Assembly: GCA_038324085.1 (NCBI GenBank)
Contig: JBBQHP010000002.1
Coordinates: forward strand, 110,443-174,442
Direction: 5' to 3'
Length of the DNA stretch: 64,000 bases
Source: Burkholderiales bacterium
Lineage (GTDB): Bacteria; Pseudomonadota; Gammaproteobacteria; Burkholderiales; Ga0077523
Below, piece after piece: positions 1-11,565 of this stretch. Position numbers and translations under genes: made by a program. The stretch's first letter is position 1. Every line of letters starts with the position of its first letter. Under the pieces are notes generated by a model. The model worked only from the letters and a program-made list of their open reading frames with translations, searched no databases and was not told where the DNA came from.

Positions 1-141
1 GTCGATGGCCGGAAACGGCCCGGCCAGAATCAGACGGCCGGCTTCCGCCAGTTCGCTGGCACGGACGAGATGGGCGGCGCGGGCGGCGGCGCGTTTAGCC
101 TGGCTGTCGGGCACGTCCTCACCGATGATGGCGTAGAGCAT
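1..141 (-). CDS. YciI family protein, N-terminal 47 codons; the gene runs off the window start
   Basis: Reverse-strand ATG at 141 preceded by a strong SD (GGAGAAGGAGGA). Translation MLYAIIGEDVPDSQAKRAAARAAHLVRASELAEAGRLILAGPFPAID matches the YciI-like N-terminus. It sits directly downstream of yciB, as in many proteobacteria. Confidence 0.7.
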   Translation of the reverse strand, partial: MLYAIIGEDVPDSQAKRAAARAAHLVRASELAEAGRLILAGPFPAID

Positions 142-146
142 CGGTC

Positions 147-773
147 CTATTCCTCCTTCTCCGGCTCGGCATGGCGCGCGAGCAGCAGCCCTTGTCCGAG
201 CGCGAACAGGAGCATGAGGCCCATGCCGCCGAACAGTTTGAATTTGACCCACGTGGGTTCGGAAAAGTTGAACGCCACATAGAGATTCAACGCACCCAGC
301 ACCAGGAAGAACCCCGCCCAGCTGAGGTTGACCCGGGTCCAGATCGGATCGGGCAGGGTCAGCTGCTTCGCCATCATGGCCTGTATCAGGTTCTTCCCGA
401 AGAACACCTGGGCGCACACCAGCACCACGGCAAATGCCCAGTACAGCACCGTGGGTTTCCACATGATGAAGGTGGCGTCCCGCAGGATCAGGGTCGCGCC
501 GCCCATCACCACGATGATGGCGAGCCCGATCCACAGCATGTTGTCGACCTTCTTCTTGCGCAGGACCAGCCACAGCACCTGGCCGATCGTGGCGATGATC
601 GCGAGCGCGGTGGCGAGCAGGATGGGCGCCTGCTTGGCAGTGACACCCGTCCCCAGTCCGAGGTCGCCAAGGAGCGCGGAGGTGAAGGTGGCCGCGGTGT
701 CGGGGGATTGCCCCGCGAGAAAATAGGCGGCAAAGAAGACGATGACCGGGAACAGGTCGAAGAGCAGTTTCAT
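147..773 (-). CDS. yciB: Intracellular septation protein A (YciB/IspZ), inner-membrane protein
   Basis: 208-aa ORF beginning [18 protein letters not shown] with multiple hydrophobic spans, typical of the YciB family. Confidence 0.9.
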   Translation of the reverse strand: MKLLFDLFPVIVFFAAYFLAGQSPDTAATFTSALLGDLGLGTGVTAKQAPILLATALAIIATIGQVLWLVLRKKKVDNMLWIGLAIIVVMGGATLILRDATFIMWKPTVLYWAFAVVLVCAQVFFGKNLIQAMMAKQLTLPDPIWTRVNLSWAGFFLVLGALNLYVAFNFSEPTWVKFKLFGGMGLMLLFALGQGLLLARHAEPEKEE

Positions 774-879
774 TGGGGGGGCTCCGGCAGGTCGCGGATT
801 ATGGCCGGGCGCACCGGGACCTGTCCACGCACGGTGCTACACTCGGATCCGGTCCGCAACGAGCGAGGGAACAGGCGCG

Positions 880-1287
880 ATGGCGATGGTCAAGCTGGTC
901 GAGTACGAGGATGCCGGTCCGGAAGTGCGGGCCGTGTTCGACGACATCATGGCGACGCGCAAGGTCGACTGGATCAACAACATCTGGAAGGCGCTGGCCA
1001 GCCACCCACCCACGCTCGCCCGCCTCTGGTCCCAGGTGAAGCAGGTCATGGGACCGGGCACGCGTCTCGATCCGCTCACCAAGGAGCTGATCTACATGGC
1101 GGTCAGCATGACCAACAACTGCGAGTACTGCATCCATTCGCACGGCGCCTCGGCGCGCAAGCAAGGCATGGACGACGAGATCTTCGGCGAACTGGCCGCC
1201 ATCGTCGCCCTCGCCAACCAGACCAACCGCCTCGCAATCGCCTACCAGATCGACGTCGACGAGCCCTTCAAGCCGAAGTTCTCCTGA
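880..1287 (+). CDS. Carboxymuconolactone decarboxylase / AhpD-like family protein
   Basis: ATG at 880 within ORF 742..1287. 135 aa with the CEYCIHSH (CxxC..H) motif and the overall CMD-domain pattern. Confidence 0.8.
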   Translation: MAMVKLVEYEDAGPEVRAVFDDIMATRKVDWINNIWKALASHPPTLARLWSQVKQVMGPGTRLDPLTKELIYMAVSMTNNCEYCIHSHGASARKQGMDDEIFGELAAIVALANQTNRLAIAYQIDVDEPFKPKFS

Positions 1288-1306
1288 CCGGGCCGATCTG
1301 CGCGCC

Positions 1307-1999
1307 ATGGACGATTCACTTGGAACAGGTGCCTTCGCCGGGCTCGAGGCGCTGTTCGACGCGCGCTACAGCTGCCGCGCGTACCTGCCGCAGGCGGTGG
1401 ATCGCGCGACGATCGAACGCATGCTGGTGCTGGCGCAGCGCACCCCGTCCTGGTGCAACACGCAGCCGTGGCGGGTGCACGTCGTCTCGGGCAACGCCTT
1501 GAAGCGGATCGGCGATGCGCTCGGCGCGCTCGCTGCGGCCGGGGCGCCGCCCGCACCGGATTTCGGTTTCCCCGAGGCCTATGTCGGTGTCTACCGCGAG
1601 CGGCGTAAGGTCTGCGGCGTGCAGCTCTACCAGGCTCTCGGCATCGGCCGCGAGGATCGCCTGCGGGCGCGCGAACAGTCGTTCGAGAATTTCCGCTTCT
1701 TCGGTGCGCCGCACGTCGCATTCATCACCTCGGACGCGGCGCTCGGTTTCTACGGCGGGCTCGATTGCGGGCTGTACGTGATGAGCTTCCTGCTGGCCGC
1801 GGCCGCGTCGGGACTCGCGACCACGCCCCAGGCCGCGCTCGCGTCCTATCCGGCGGTTGTCCGGGAACATCTCGGATTCGAGGCAGGACGCCTGCTCGTT
1901 TGCGGCATCGCATTCGGCCACGGTGATCACGCCGCGGCCGTGAACGGTTATCGCACGGAGCGCGCGACGCTCGCGGAAACCGTGCACTGGGTCGACTGA
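1307..1999 (+). CDS. Nitroreductase family protein
   Basis: 230 aa. RYSCRAY...ERMLVLAQRTPSWCNTQPW is the classic nitroreductase N-terminal signature. Confidence 0.8.
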   Translation: MDDSLGTGAFAGLEALFDARYSCRAYLPQAVDRATIERMLVLAQRTPSWCNTQPWRVHVVSGNALKRIGDALGALAAAGAPPAPDFGFPEAYVGVYRERRKVCGVQLYQALGIGREDRLRAREQSFENFRFFGAPHVAFITSDAALGFYGGLDCGLYVMSFLLAAAASGLATTPQAALASYPAVVREHLGFEAGRLLVCGIAFGHGDHAAAVNGYRTERATLAETVHWVD

Positions 2000-2334
2000 C
2001 CCGGACAGGCCCGCGGGCATCAGCCGACCGCGGGGGACGGAGGCCACCGGACAAGATCGGTCCCGTGGCGCAATGGTCGCCCGGGCCGCGAGCCGTCGTC
2101 CACCCCCGGGCGACCCCTCTTCCACGAGGGCTTCGGTAGCGCTCGCACGCCGTGGCGGACGAGACCCGCATCAGGGTCACCGGTGTAGTACAGGGTTACT
2201 ACCCGGGGGCGGGGCCCGATGCTACCGTGCCTGCATCGTCGGATGCCGCGATATTGCAGTGCGATATGTCGCGCCGCAGCGCGGGCCGGTGAATCCAGAG
2301 TTGACATCGATCGACCACCAGGAGGGGATGCGAG

Positions 2335-2889
2335 ATGAACGATCACGATCCGAAGCCGGACGGCATGCGACCCGCACGCCGCGAATTCATCAAGAAATCG
2401 AGCGTCGCCTTGGCGGGTGGGGGCTTGGTGTCGGGCGGGGCGCTGCTTGCCGTGCCCGGCGAGAGCCTGGCCCAGGCGCCCGGTGCGCTGAATGCCGACG
2501 AGGTCAGCACGCTGCTGCGCATGACGCGCGACGTGTATCCGCACGACGGTCTGCCCGACGCCATCTACATGAAGGTCGTCGAGATGCTCGACGGTGCGGC
2601 GCAGAAGGATCCGGCGCTGGCCGCGATGCTTTCCGGCGGCGTGCAGGATCTCGATGCCGCCGCACGTCGTGCCTACCAGCGGGACTATGCCGCGGTCACG
2701 CCCGAATCGGCGCGCGTCGAGCTGTTGCGCGCGATGGAGGCGACGCCGTTCTTCCAGAAGATCCGCGGCGACATGATCACGGGCATCTACAACAATCCGG
2801 AAGTGTGGGGCAGGCTCGGCTACGAGGGCGCTTCGGCACAACTGGGCGGCTATATCAAGCGCGGCTTCGACGACATCGCCTGGCTCTGA
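2335..2889 (+). CDS. Gluconate 2-dehydrogenase subunit 3 family protein (small Tat-exported subunit of a GMC dehydrogenase)
   Basis: Twin-arginine signal (ARREFIKKSSVALAGGGL...AQA). RBS GGAGGGG upstream. Immediately followed by the GMC flavoprotein gene. Confidence 0.8.
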   Translation: MNDHDPKPDGMRPARREFIKKSSVALAGGGLVSGGALLAVPGESLAQAPGALNADEVSTLLRMTRDVYPHDGLPDAIYMKVVEMLDGAAQKDPALAAMLSGGVQDLDAAARRAYQRDYAAVTPESARVELLRAMEATPFFQKIRGDMITGIYNNPEVWGRLGYEGASAQLGGYIKRGFDDIAWL

Positions 2890-2938
2890 GCCGGCATGCG
2901 TCGCAGGACACCACGCACTTCATGAGGAGGAAAGCGAT

Positions 2939-4510
2939 ATGGCTGCAAAGTACAACCTGACCGACGACCACGTGGTCGTCGTGATCGGCTCGGGCGCGGG
3001 CGGCGGCACCGTGGCGAGCGAACTGGCGGCAAAGGGCATCGACACCGTGCTGCTCGAAGCCGGCAAGCGCTGGGAGATTCCCGATTTCGAGAACGACGAA
3101 TGGTCGAATTTCGTCCGGATCTCGTGGCTCGACCCCCGCACGACGTCGGGAAACTGGCGCGTCGCCAAGGATTTCTCGGGGTTGCCCGCCTGGATCGTCA
3201 AGGCGGTGGGTGGATCGACCATCCACTGGGCCGGTGCGTCGCTGCGCATCGAGGATCACGAGTTCAAGGCACGGAGCACCTATGGCGCAGTTGCCGGTGC
3301 CAACCTGCTCGACTGGCCGATCACACGCGCAGAGCTTGATCCGTTCTACGAGCGCGCCGAGAACAAGATGGGAACCACCGGAACCCACGGCATTCCGCGG
3401 CTGCCCGGCAACAACAACTACAAGGTGCTGGCGGCCGGTGCCGCCAAGCTGGGCTACAAGGATTTCCATACCGGCAACATGTCGATCAATTCGCAGCCGC
3501 GGGACGGCCGCGGTTCGTGCCAGCAGATCGGTTTCTGTTTCCAGGGCTGCAAGTCGGGTGCGAAGTGGTCGACCCTGTACGAAGCGATCCCCAAGGGCGA
3601 GGCGACCGGCAAGCTCGAAGTACGGCCCCAGTCGATGGCAGTGCGCATCGTCCACGACGCCAAGGGCAAGGTGACGGGGGTCGAGTACGCCGACCAGGAC
3701 GGCAAGATGCAGCTCCAGAAAGCGCGCGTCGTGTGCGTGGCGGGCAACTCGATCGAGTCGCCGCGACTGTTGCTCAATTCGGCATCGGGCATGTTCAAGG
3801 ACGGTCTCGCCAATTCCTCCGGACAGGTCGGCCGCAACTACATGCGCCACATGACCGGGTCGGTGTATGCGGTGTTCGAGCGCGAAGTCCACATGTACCG
3901 CGGCACGACCATGGCCGGCATCGTCAAGGACGAATCCCGGCACGATCCGTCGCGAGGCTTCGCCGGCGGCTACGAACTGGAAACGCTGTCGCTCGGCATG
4001 CCGTTCATGGCGGCCTTCCTCGAGCCCGGCATGTGGGGCCGCGACTTCACCTGGGCGATGGACCGCTACGCGAACATGGCGGGCATGTGGCTGGTGGGTG
4101 AAGACATGCCGCAGGAAACGAACCGCGTCACGTTGAACACGAACGTGAAGGACGCCAACGGCATGCCGGTGGCGAACGTCCACTACGACGATCACCCGAA
4201 CGATCTGGCCATGCGTGCGCACGCCTACCAGCAAGGTTCCGCGTTGTACGAATCGGTCGGTGCGCTCAAGACCTACCACACGCCGCCCTACCCATCGACG
4301 CACAATCTGGGCACCAATCGGATGAGTGCGAAGGCGAGCGACGGGGTCGTCAACAAATGGGGCCAGGCACACGACGTGAGCAATCTGTTCGTGTCCGACG
4401 GCAGCCAGTTCACCTCAGGCGCCGCGGAGAACCCGACGCTCACGATCGTCGCACTGGCCATCCGCCAGGCGGAATACATCGCGAAGCAGATGGGTTCCCA
4501 GGAGATCTGA
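2939..4510 (+). CDS. GMC family FAD-dependent oxidoreductase (large subunit)
   Basis: 523 aa with the N-terminal FAD fold VVVIGSGAGGGTVASELA...LLEAG and GMC-type C-terminal region. Confidence 0.9.
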   Translation: MAAKYNLTDDHVVVVIGSGAGGGTVASELAAKGIDTVLLEAGKRWEIPDFENDEWSNFVRISWLDPRTTSGNWRVAKDFSGLPAWIVKAVGGSTIHWAGASLRIEDHEFKARSTYGAVAGANLLDWPITRAELDPFYERAENKMGTTGTHGIPRLPGNNNYKVLAAGAAKLGYKDFHTGNMSINSQPRDGRGSCQQIGFCFQGCKSGAKWSTLYEAIPKGEATGKLEVRPQSMAVRIVHDAKGKVTGVEYADQDGKMQLQKARVVCVAGNSIESPRLLLNSASGMFKDGLANSSGQVGRNYMRHMTGSVYAVFEREVHMYRGTTMAGIVKDESRHDPSRGFAGGYELETLSLGMPFMAAFLEPGMWGRDFTWAMDRYANMAGMWLVGEDMPQETNRVTLNTNVKDANGMPVANVHYDDHPNDLAMRAHAYQQGSALYESVGALKTYHTPPYPSTHNLGTNRMSAKASDGVVNKWGQAHDVSNLFVSDGSQFTSGAAENPTLTIVALAIRQAEYIAKQMGSQEI

Positions 4511-4541
4511 GCGCTTCTGCGCAGGTAGCAGGCATGGAACG

Positions 4542-4571
4542 AGGCCCGGGAGACCGGGCCTTGTTTCGTTT
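4542..4571 (+). terminator. Rho-independent terminator candidate after the GMC operon
   Basis: Stem AGGCCCGG / CCGGGCCT (8 bp), GAGA loop, followed by TGTTTCGTTT. Lies about 30 nt after the stop codon. Confidence 0.6.
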
Positions 4572-4681
4572 GCGCCAAGCGCGATGACCAGCGGTAGACT
4601 TGCGGTGCCGCCGAAATGATGCGGCGCCAAGCCGCGGTCCGACCGGTTCCGCGACCCCAGGCCAAGCGCGGGAGGAGGATC

Positions 4682-4993
4682 ATGGGCACTGTGTATTCGG
4701 GGCAGGATGCCAGGCTCTACGCACGCGAAAAGCGTTCGGTGCGTCTGTCGGGGTTCGTGACCAGCATCTGTCTGGAGCGGCTGTTCTGGCGCGTACTGGA
4801 TGACGCCGCTGCGAGCGAGCGACTGAGCACGCCGCGCTTCATCGCGAGGCTCTACGCGGAGATGCATTCGCGCGCGGACACCATCTCCAGTTTCGCCTCG
4901 CTGCTGCGGGTGACCTGCGCGATCTACATCAGCGAGCATCCGGACCAGCCGCTCCTGGAATACTCGCGCGAATCCGCCGCCGTCGCAGCCTAG
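4682..4993 (+). CDS. Ribbon-helix-helix domain protein (RHH_4-like), function unknown
   Basis: ATG at 4682 with SD GGGAGGAGG. SVRLSGFVTSICLERLFWRVL...RFIARLY resembles the RHH_4 family. The family assignment is from memory only. Confidence 0.55.
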   Translation: MGTVYSGQDARLYAREKRSVRLSGFVTSICLERLFWRVLDDAAASERLSTPRFIARLYAEMHSRADTISSFASLLRVTCAIYISEHPDQPLLEYSRESAAVAA

Positions 4994-5148
4994 CGAGGGC
5001 CTGCGCAATGCCGGCACCTTCCGGCGAAAGTCGGGGTCGTTCAGGCCGCGCCCGGCGCCACCGACCCTGCGCCCGGCGCGCCCGCGCCAGATCCACCCGT
5101 TCGCCTGCGAGGCGGTCGTGAACGGGCGGATCGGCCGACCGCGCGCAA

Positions 5149-7857
5149 TCAGGCCGCGGCGATCAACTCCCGCAACACGAACGGCAGGATTCCGCCGTGC
5201 CGGTAGTAGTCGACTTCGATGGGGGTGTCGATGCGCAGCTTGAGCCTGGCATGCGTCTGCGTACCGTCCTTGCGATGGATGACCAGCGTCGCGTCCTGCT
5301 GGGGCTTGAGGTCGCTGCCCACGAGTACGTCGAACTGCTCGTCGCCGTTGATGCCGAGCGATTCGACCGAATCGGTGCCGGTGAACTGGAGCGGCAGGAC
5401 GCCCATGCCCACCAGATTCGACCGGTGGATGCGCTCGAAGCTCCGGGCGACCACCGCCTTCACGCCGAGCAGCTGCGTGCCCTTGGCAGCCCAATCGCGC
5501 GACGAGCCGGTGCCGTACTCTTCGCCGCCCAGGACCACCGTCGGCACACCGTCGGCAACGTATTTCATCGCCGCGTCGTAGATCGACATCTCGGCGCCGG
5601 TCGGTTGGTGCAGCGTCACGCCGCCTTCGACCCGTGAGCCGTCGGCCTTGATCGGCAGCATCAGGTTCTTGATGCGCACGTTGGCGAAGGTACCGCGCAT
5701 CATGACTTCGTGATTGCCACGGCGTGATCCGTAGCTGTTGAAATCAGCCTTGGCGACACCGTTGGCCAGCAGCCATTTGCCTGCCGGCGAAGTGTCCTTG
5801 ATCGATCCGGCCGGAGAGATGTGGTCGGTCGTGATCGAATCACCGAACACGCCGAGCGCGCGCGCGCCTCGGACGCCCGCATCGCCCGCCACCGCCGGCT
5901 GCATGTCGAAGCCTTCGAAAAACGGCGGCTCGGCGATGTAGGTCGACTTCGGCCAGTTGTAGATCTGGCCATTCACGCCTTCGATCTTTTGCCACAGCGC
6001 ACCCGGGTTGCTCTTCACTTTCGAATAGTTGCTCTTGAACGCGGCGGGATTCATTGCGAAGCGCATGAGCGCGTTCACTTCCTCGCTCGTCGGCCAGATG
6101 TCGCCCAGGAATACGTCCTTGCCGCCCTTGCCCTGGCCGACCGGTTCAGTCATCAGATCCCGAAGTACGGTTCCGGCGAGCGCGTAAGCGACGACCAGAG
6201 GTGGCGAGGCGAGAAAGTTCGCTTTCAGGTTGGGATGGATCCGCGCCTCGAAATTGCGGTTGCCGGACAGCACGGCCGCGCAGATGAGATCGTTCTTGAT
6301 GATCGCCTCGTTGATCTCCGGCGTCAGATCCCCGGCGTTGCCGATGCAGGTGGTACAGCCGTACGCCGCGACGTTGAACCCGAGCTGCTCGAGATACGGC
6401 AGCAGGCCCGCCTTCTGGAGATACTCGGTGACGATGCGCGACCCGGGAGCGAGCGAGGTCTTGATGTGCGGCTGGACGGTGAGCCCGGCGGCCACGGCCT
6501 TCTTCGCGAGCAGCCCCGCGGCGAGCAGCACGCCGGGGTTGGAAGTGTTGGTGCAGGAGGTGATCGCAGCGATCAGGATGTCGCCGTTGTGCAGCGACAG
6601 CCCGCTCGTCGTCGGAAAGTTCTGCTCGAGCTTCGCCGCAGGCTGATTGAACCCGTTGTCGGCGGTGGACTTGCCGAAGAGCGAGGTGAACTGGCTCTTG
6701 ACGTTGCCGATCTCGATGCGATCCTGCGGCCGCTTCGGGCCAGCGAGCGAAGGCGCGACCGTCGACAGGTCGAGGGCGAGCGAACTCGAGTAATCGATGT
6801 CACCGGCCATGGGGACGCCGAACAGGCCTTGCGCCTTGAAATAGGCCTCGAACGCGTCGATCTCCTGCCGGGTGCGGCCCGTGCCCGTGAAGTAGTCGAG
6901 GGTCTTCTCGTCCACCGGAAAGAAACCCATCGTCGCTCCATATTCCGGCGCCATGTTCGCGATGGTCGCGCGATCCGGTACCGCGAGGGACCGGGTGCCT
7001 TCGCCGAAGAACTCGACGAACTTGCCGACGACCTTCTCCTTGCGCAGCATCTCGGTCACGGCGAGAACCAGGTCGGTGGCGGTCACGCCTTCGCGCAGGC
7101 GGCCCTTCAATTCCACGCCCACGACATCGGGCGTGAGGAAATACACGGGTTGGCCGAGCATGCCGGCTTCCGCCTCGATGCCGCCCACGCCCCAGCCCAC
7201 CACGCCGATGCCGTTGATCATCGTCGTGTGCGAATCGGTTCCCACCAGCGTATCGGGATAGAACACGCCGTCTTTCCTGTGCACGCCGCGCGCCAGATAC
7301 TCGAGATTGACCTGGTGCACGATGCCGAAGCCCGGCGGCACGACGCCGAACGTGTCGAAGGCCTGCATGCCCCATTTCATGAATTCGTAGCGCTCGCGGT
7401 TGCGCGAGAACTCCAGCTTCATGTTGAGCTCCAGGGCGTCCTTGGTGCCGAAGTAGTCGATCATCACCGAGTGATCCACCACCAGGTCCACCGGTACGAG
7501 CGGCTCGATGGTCTTGGGGTTGCGGCCCATCCGGTTCGCCACGCCGCGCATCGCCGCGAGATCGGCCAGCAGCGGCACGCCGGTGAAGTCCTGCAGCACC
7601 ACCCGCGCCACCACGAACGGAATCTCGTCCACCCGGTCGACCCTGGGCTTCCACGCCGCGAGTTCGCGCACGTGCGCTTCGGTGACCTTCTTGCCGTCGC
7701 AATTGCGCAGCACCGACTCGAGCACGATCCGGATCGACACGGGCAGCCGGGAGATCTTCCCGAGACCAGCCTGCTCCAGCGCGGGCAGCGAATAGAACTT
7801 GCCCTTGGCGGCGCCGATCTTGAACTCTTGCAGCGATTTGAACAGGTTGTGGCTCAT
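5149..7857 (-). CDS. acnA: Aconitate hydratase AcnA, last gene of the methylcitrate cluster
   Basis: 902 aa with aconitase/IRP-type motifs ([25 protein letters not shown]). Downstream of prpD on the same strand. Confidence 0.93.
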   Translation of the reverse strand: MSHNLFKSLQEFKIGAAKGKFYSLPALEQAGLGKISRLPVSIRIVLESVLRNCDGKKVTEAHVRELAAWKPRVDRVDEIPFVVARVVLQDFTGVPLLADLAAMRGVANRMGRNPKTIEPLVPVDLVVDHSVMIDYFGTKDALELNMKLEFSRNRERYEFMKWGMQAFDTFGVVPPGFGIVHQVNLEYLARGVHRKDGVFYPDTLVGTDSHTTMINGIGVVGWGVGGIEAEAGMLGQPVYFLTPDVVGVELKGRLREGVTATDLVLAVTEMLRKEKVVGKFVEFFGEGTRSLAVPDRATIANMAPEYGATMGFFPVDEKTLDYFTGTGRTRQEIDAFEAYFKAQGLFGVPMAGDIDYSSSLALDLSTVAPSLAGPKRPQDRIEIGNVKSQFTSLFGKSTADNGFNQPAAKLEQNFPTTSGLSLHNGDILIAAITSCTNTSNPGVLLAAGLLAKKAVAAGLTVQPHIKTSLAPGSRIVTEYLQKAGLLPYLEQLGFNVAAYGCTTCIGNAGDLTPEINEAIIKNDLICAAVLSGNRNFEARIHPNLKANFLASPPLVVAYALAGTVLRDLMTEPVGQGKGGKDVFLGDIWPTSEEVNALMRFAMNPAAFKSNYSKVKSNPGALWQKIEGVNGQIYNWPKSTYIAEPPFFEGFDMQPAVAGDAGVRGARALGVFGDSITTDHISPAGSIKDTSPAGKWLLANGVAKADFNSYGSRRGNHEVMMRGTFANVRIKNLMLPIKADGSRVEGGVTLHQPTGAEMSIYDAAMKYVADGVPTVVLGGEEYGTGSSRDWAAKGTQLLGVKAVVARSFERIHRSNLVGMGVLPLQFTGTDSVESLGINGDEQFDVLVGSDLKPQQDATLVIHRKDGTQTHARLKLRIDTPIEVDYYRHGGILPFVLRELIAAA

Positions 7858-7881
7858 CGGGGGGCTCCGTGGTTCCTGGGA

Positions 7882-9333
7882 TCAGATCACGAACAGGTCG
7901 ACGAATTCGTTGACCGGGGTTGCAGCGAGCTTCTTCGGATCGAGGCAGAGGTCGAGGATCGCCCCCTGCTGCTTCGCCGGAAAGTGCCGTGCGAGATTGG
8001 TCTTGAACTTCTCCACCAGCACCGGCATGCCTTCCTTGCGGCGGCGCTTGTGACCGATGGGATATTCGCAGATGATCTCGGCCAGTTTCTTGCCGTCGTT
8101 GAACTCGACCGTGAGGGCGTTGGCGATCGAGCGCTTGGCGGGATCGTGGTAGTCCTTGGTGAACTGCTTGTCCTCGACGCAGACGATCTTGTCGCGCAGC
8201 TTGTCGATGCGCGGGTCCTTTGCGACCGCATCCTCGTAATCCTCGGCGGTCAGGCGACCGAAGATGATCGGCACCGCTACCATGTACTGGATGCAATGGT
8301 CGCGATCGGCCGGATTGTCGAGGGGGCCCTTCTTGTCGATGATCCGGATGCAGGCCTCGTGCGTGCGGATTGTGATCTTCTTGATGTCCTCGGGTTTGCG
8401 TCCCGCCTTGTTCAGCGCGGCGTGGATCTGCATCGCGGTCTCGACCGCGGTCTGCGAATGGAATTCGGCCGGGAACGAGATCTTGAACAGCACGTTCTCC
8501 ATCACGTAGCTGCCGTAGGACCGCTGGAACTTGAACGGGTTGCCCTTGAACAGCACGTCGTAGAAGCCCCAGGTCTTGGCGCTCAGCACGGAGGGGTAGC
8601 CCATTTCGCCGGTCTTCGCGATCAGCGCGAGGCGCACGGCACGCGAAGTCGCGTCACCGGCCGCCCAGCTCTTGCGCGAGCCCGTGTTCGGGCTGTGACG
8701 GTAGGTGCGCAGCGACTGACCATCGACCCAGGCGAGCGACACGGCGTTGATGATCTCGTCGCGGGACAACCTGAGCATCTGGGCGACGACGGCGGTCGAA
8801 GCGACCTTGACCAGCACGACGTGATCGAGCCCCACCTTGTTGAACGAATTCTCCAGAGCGATGCAGCCCTGGATCTCGTGCGCCTTGATCATTCCCGTCA
8901 GGACATCCTGCACCGTCAACGGCTTTTTGGCGGCTGCCACCGCGTTGCGCGAAAGCCAGTCGGCCGTGGCGAGGATCCCGCCCAGATTGTCCGAGGGATG
9001 GCCCCATTCCGCCGCGAGCCACGTGTCGTTGAAGTCGAGCCAGCGGATCATCGCGCCGATGTTGAATGCGGCCTGCACCGGATCGAGCTGGAACTGGGTG
9101 CCGGGGACCTTCGCGCCGTTCGGCACCACGGTGCCCGGAACGATCGGTCCGAGCAGCTTGGTGCAGGCGGGGTACTCGAGCGCCTCCAGGCCGCAACCCA
9201 GCGTGTCCATCAGGCAATAGCGTGCGGTTTCGTACGCCTGCTTGCTGGTGATCTTGTACTTCGTGACGTAGTCGACGATGTCGACCAGGACCTTGTCGGG
9301 CTTGGGGCGAACGTTGGAGATGTGTGCGGACAT
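7882..9333 (-). CDS. prpD: 2-methylcitrate dehydratase PrpD
   Basis: 483 aa, MmgE/PrpD family pattern throughout, located between prpC and acnA. Confidence 0.93.
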   Translation of the reverse strand: MSAHISNVRPKPDKVLVDIVDYVTKYKITSKQAYETARYCLMDTLGCGLEALEYPACTKLLGPIVPGTVVPNGAKVPGTQFQLDPVQAAFNIGAMIRWLDFNDTWLAAEWGHPSDNLGGILATADWLSRNAVAAAKKPLTVQDVLTGMIKAHEIQGCIALENSFNKVGLDHVVLVKVASTAVVAQMLRLSRDEIINAVSLAWVDGQSLRTYRHSPNTGSRKSWAAGDATSRAVRLALIAKTGEMGYPSVLSAKTWGFYDVLFKGNPFKFQRSYGSYVMENVLFKISFPAEFHSQTAVETAMQIHAALNKAGRKPEDIKKITIRTHEACIRIIDKKGPLDNPADRDHCIQYMVAVPIIFGRLTAEDYEDAVAKDPRIDKLRDKIVCVEDKQFTKDYHDPAKRSIANALTVEFNDGKKLAEIICEYPIGHKRRRKEGMPVLVEKFKTNLARHFPAKQQGAILDLCLDPKKLAATPVNEFVDLFVI

Positions 9334-9384
9334 GGAAGCGCCTGTCGGGGTGAGGAATTGCGAAGGGTCTGCGATCGGTGGGTG

Positions 9385-10551
9385 CTACTTGCGCCGTTCC
9401 AGCGGGATCCAGGGGAGATTGTCTGGACCGGTGTAGTTGGCGCTCGGCCGGATGATCTTGCCGTCGATGCGCTGCTCGATCACGTGCGCCGACCAGCCGG
9501 CGGTCCGCGCGATCACGAACACCGGGGTGAACATGGCGGTCGGCACCCCCATCATGTGGTAGCTCACAGCACTAAACCAGTCCAGGTTGGGGAACATCTT
9601 CTTCTCCCGCCACATCACCGCCTCGAGCCGGTCCGCGATGTCGAACAGCTTCATGTTCGCGGCATCCTTAGAGAGCCTGCGCGCCACGTCCTTGATGACC
9701 TCGTTGCGCGGGTCCGCGATCGTGTAGACCGGATGGCCGAAGCCGATCACGATTTCCTTGTTGGCCACGCGCCGGACGATGTCGGCCTCGGCTTCGGCCG
9801 GATCGCCGTAGCGGCCCTGCGTGTCGAAGGCGACCTCGTTCGCGCCGCCGTGCTTGGGGCCGCGCAGCGCACCGATCGCACCCGTGATGGCGGAGTACAT
9901 GTCCGAGCCCGTGCCGGCGATCACGCGGCCGGTGAAGGTCGAGGCATTGAACTCGTGCTCGGCGTAGAGATTGAGCGAAGTCTGCATCGCACGTTCCCAC
10001 AGGTCGGAAGGCGGCTGGCCGTGCAGCAGGTGCAGGAAATGGCCCGCGATCGACTCGTCCTCGGTCTCGGTCTCGATGCGGCGCCCGTTGTGGCTCCAGT
10101 GATACCAGTAGAGCAGGATCGAGCCGAGGGACGCCATCAACCGGTCGGCGATGGTGCGCGCGCCGGGAACGCTGTGATCGTCCTTCTCCGGCAGCAGGGT
10201 GCCGAGCATGGACACGCCGGTACGCATCACGTCCATCGGATGCGCGGAGGCGGGGATCCATTCGAGGGCGGCCTTGAGGCTTGCGGGCAGTCCGCGCATG
10301 GACTTGAGCTGGGCGGAATAGCTCGCCAGCTCCGCCTGGTTGGGCAGTTTGTCGTGCACCAGCAGGTGGGCCACCTCCTCGAAGGTCGCGTCGTCGGCGA
10401 AATCGAGAATGTCGTAGCCACGATAGTGCAGGTCGTTGCCGGTGCGCCCGACCGTGCACAGCGCCGTGTTGCCTGCGGTCACCCCGGACAGGGCGACGGA
10501 TTTCTTCGGCTTGGGGCCGGCGGTCGGGGTCTCGGGGGTTTCCTTGCTCAC
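9385..10551 (-). CDS. prpC: 2-methylcitrate synthase PrpC
   Basis: 388 aa citrate-synthase family protein ([16 protein letters not shown]). Overlaps the prpB stop by 4 nt. Confidence 0.93.
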   Translation of the reverse strand: MSKETPETPTAGPKPKKSVALSGVTAGNTALCTVGRTGNDLHYRGYDILDFADDATFEEVAHLLVHDKLPNQAELASYSAQLKSMRGLPASLKAALEWIPASAHPMDVMRTGVSMLGTLLPEKDDHSVPGARTIADRLMASLGSILLYWYHWSHNGRRIETETEDESIAGHFLHLLHGQPPSDLWERAMQTSLNLYAEHEFNASTFTGRVIAGTGSDMYSAITGAIGALRGPKHGGANEVAFDTQGRYGDPAEAEADIVRRVANKEIVIGFGHPVYTIADPRNEVIKDVARRLSKDAANMKLFDIADRLEAVMWREKKMFPNLDWFSAVSYHMMGVPTAMFTPVFVIARTAGWSAHVIEQRIDGKIIRPSANYTGPDNLPWIPLERRK

Positions 10552-11441
10552 TGAGTCTTCTCCTTGGCGAACAGCTCGTCGAGCTTGTTTTCGTAGGCGT
10601 GGTAGTCGAGGTAATCGTAGAGGTCGGTGCGCGTCTGCATGCTGTCCACCACGTTCTTCTGCGTGCCGTCGCGGCGGATGTGCTCGTACACGTTCAGCGC
10701 CGCCTTGTTCATGGCGCGGAACGGCGACAGCGGGTAGAGCGCGATGCTCACGTTCGCGGAACGCAGCTCGTCCACGGTGAACAGGGGCGTCGACCCGAAC
10801 TCGGTGATGTTCGCGAGCACGGGGACCTTCACGGCATCCGCGAACTTGCGGTACATCGACAGTTCGGTGATGGCCTCGGGAAAGATCATGTCCGCGCCGG
10901 CTTCAACGCAGCGGCAGGCGCGGTCGATGGCGGCATCGAGACCCTCGACCGCGAGCGCATCGGTGCGCGCCATGATCACGAACGACGGGTCGGTGCGGGC
11001 ATCGGCCGCCGCGCTCACGCGGTCGGCCATTTCCTGGGTGGAGACCAGTTCCTTGCCCGGACGATGACCGCAGCGCTTGGCGCCGACCTGGTCTTCGATG
11101 TGCATGGCCGCGGCGCCGGACTTCACCAGCGACCGGGTCGTGCGCGCGATGTTGAACGCGCTCGCGCCGAAGCCTGTGTCCGCGTCGACCAGCAAGGGCA
11201 GAGCGCAGACATCGGTGATGCGACGCACGTCGATCAGGACGTCGTCGAGATTGCTGATGCCGAGATCGGGCAGGCCGAGCGATCCGGCAGCCACGCCGCC
11301 ACCGGACAGGTAGATCGCCTTGAAGCCGCTGCGCTCCGCGAGGCGCGCATGGTAGGCGTTGATGGTGCCGATGACCTGAAGCGGCCGCTCTTCGCGGATG
11401 GCGTTGCGGAATCGGGTGCCGGGACTAGTGGTAGCGTTCAT
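10548..11441 (-). CDS. prpB: Methylisocitrate lyase PrpB
   Basis: 297 aa of the PEP mutase/isocitrate lyase superfamily ([12 protein letters not shown] motif). First gene of the cluster. Confidence 0.93.
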   Translation of the reverse strand: MNATTSPGTRFRNAIREERPLQVIGTINAYHARLAERSGFKAIYLSGGGVAAGSLGLPDLGISNLDDVLIDVRRITDVCALPLLVDADTGFGASAFNIARTTRSLVKSGAAAMHIEDQVGAKRCGHRPGKELVSTQEMADRVSAAADARTDPSFVIMARTDALAVEGLDAAIDRACRCVEAGADMIFPEAITELSMYRKFADAVKVPVLANITEFGSTPLFTVDELRSANVSIALYPLSPFRAMNKAALNVYEHIRRDGTQKNVVDSMQTRTDLYDYLDYHAYENKLDELFAKEKTQ

Positions 11442-11538
11442 GGGTTCCTCGGAATGACTTCGGAATGCTCATGTCGCAGGCGGCGCCAGGCGGCGCGCGC
11501 GCGGCAGTGATGTGACCGGACCCGCCCGGCCCGCCGAT

Positions 11539-11565
11539 CCGGGGATCGTACTGCAGGATCCCCGG
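11539..11565. promoter_or_regulatory. Perfect 9-bp inverted repeat (CCGGGGATC-N9-GATCCCCGG) between mdh and prpB; candidate operator or mdh terminator stem
   Basis: Read directly from the sequence. It lies about 100 nt upstream of the prpB start and about 100 nt downstream of the mdh stop. Confidence 0.3.

Noticed and set aside
171-1502. 443-aa plus-strand ORF across yciB, the CMD gene and the nitroreductase start
   Set aside because: It is antisense to or out of frame with three well-supported genes and has extreme Arg/Gly/Glu/His content.
5096-5126. Nested GC hairpin (CCCGTTC...GAACGGG with inner CGCCT-GCG-AGGCG) between the convergent RHH gene and acnA as a bidirectional terminator
   Set aside because: There is no U/T tract on either side and the stems are short for this GC content. 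It could be a terminator, but the evidence is too weak to list as a feature.
5821-10554. 1577-aa plus-strand ORF, the longest in the track
   Set aside because: It runs antisense to acnA, prpD and prpC, all of which have unmistakable family motifs. Its translation is Arg/Gly/Asp/His-rich low-information sequence with no recognisable domain. This is the typical stop-codon-free antisense frame of high-GC DNA.
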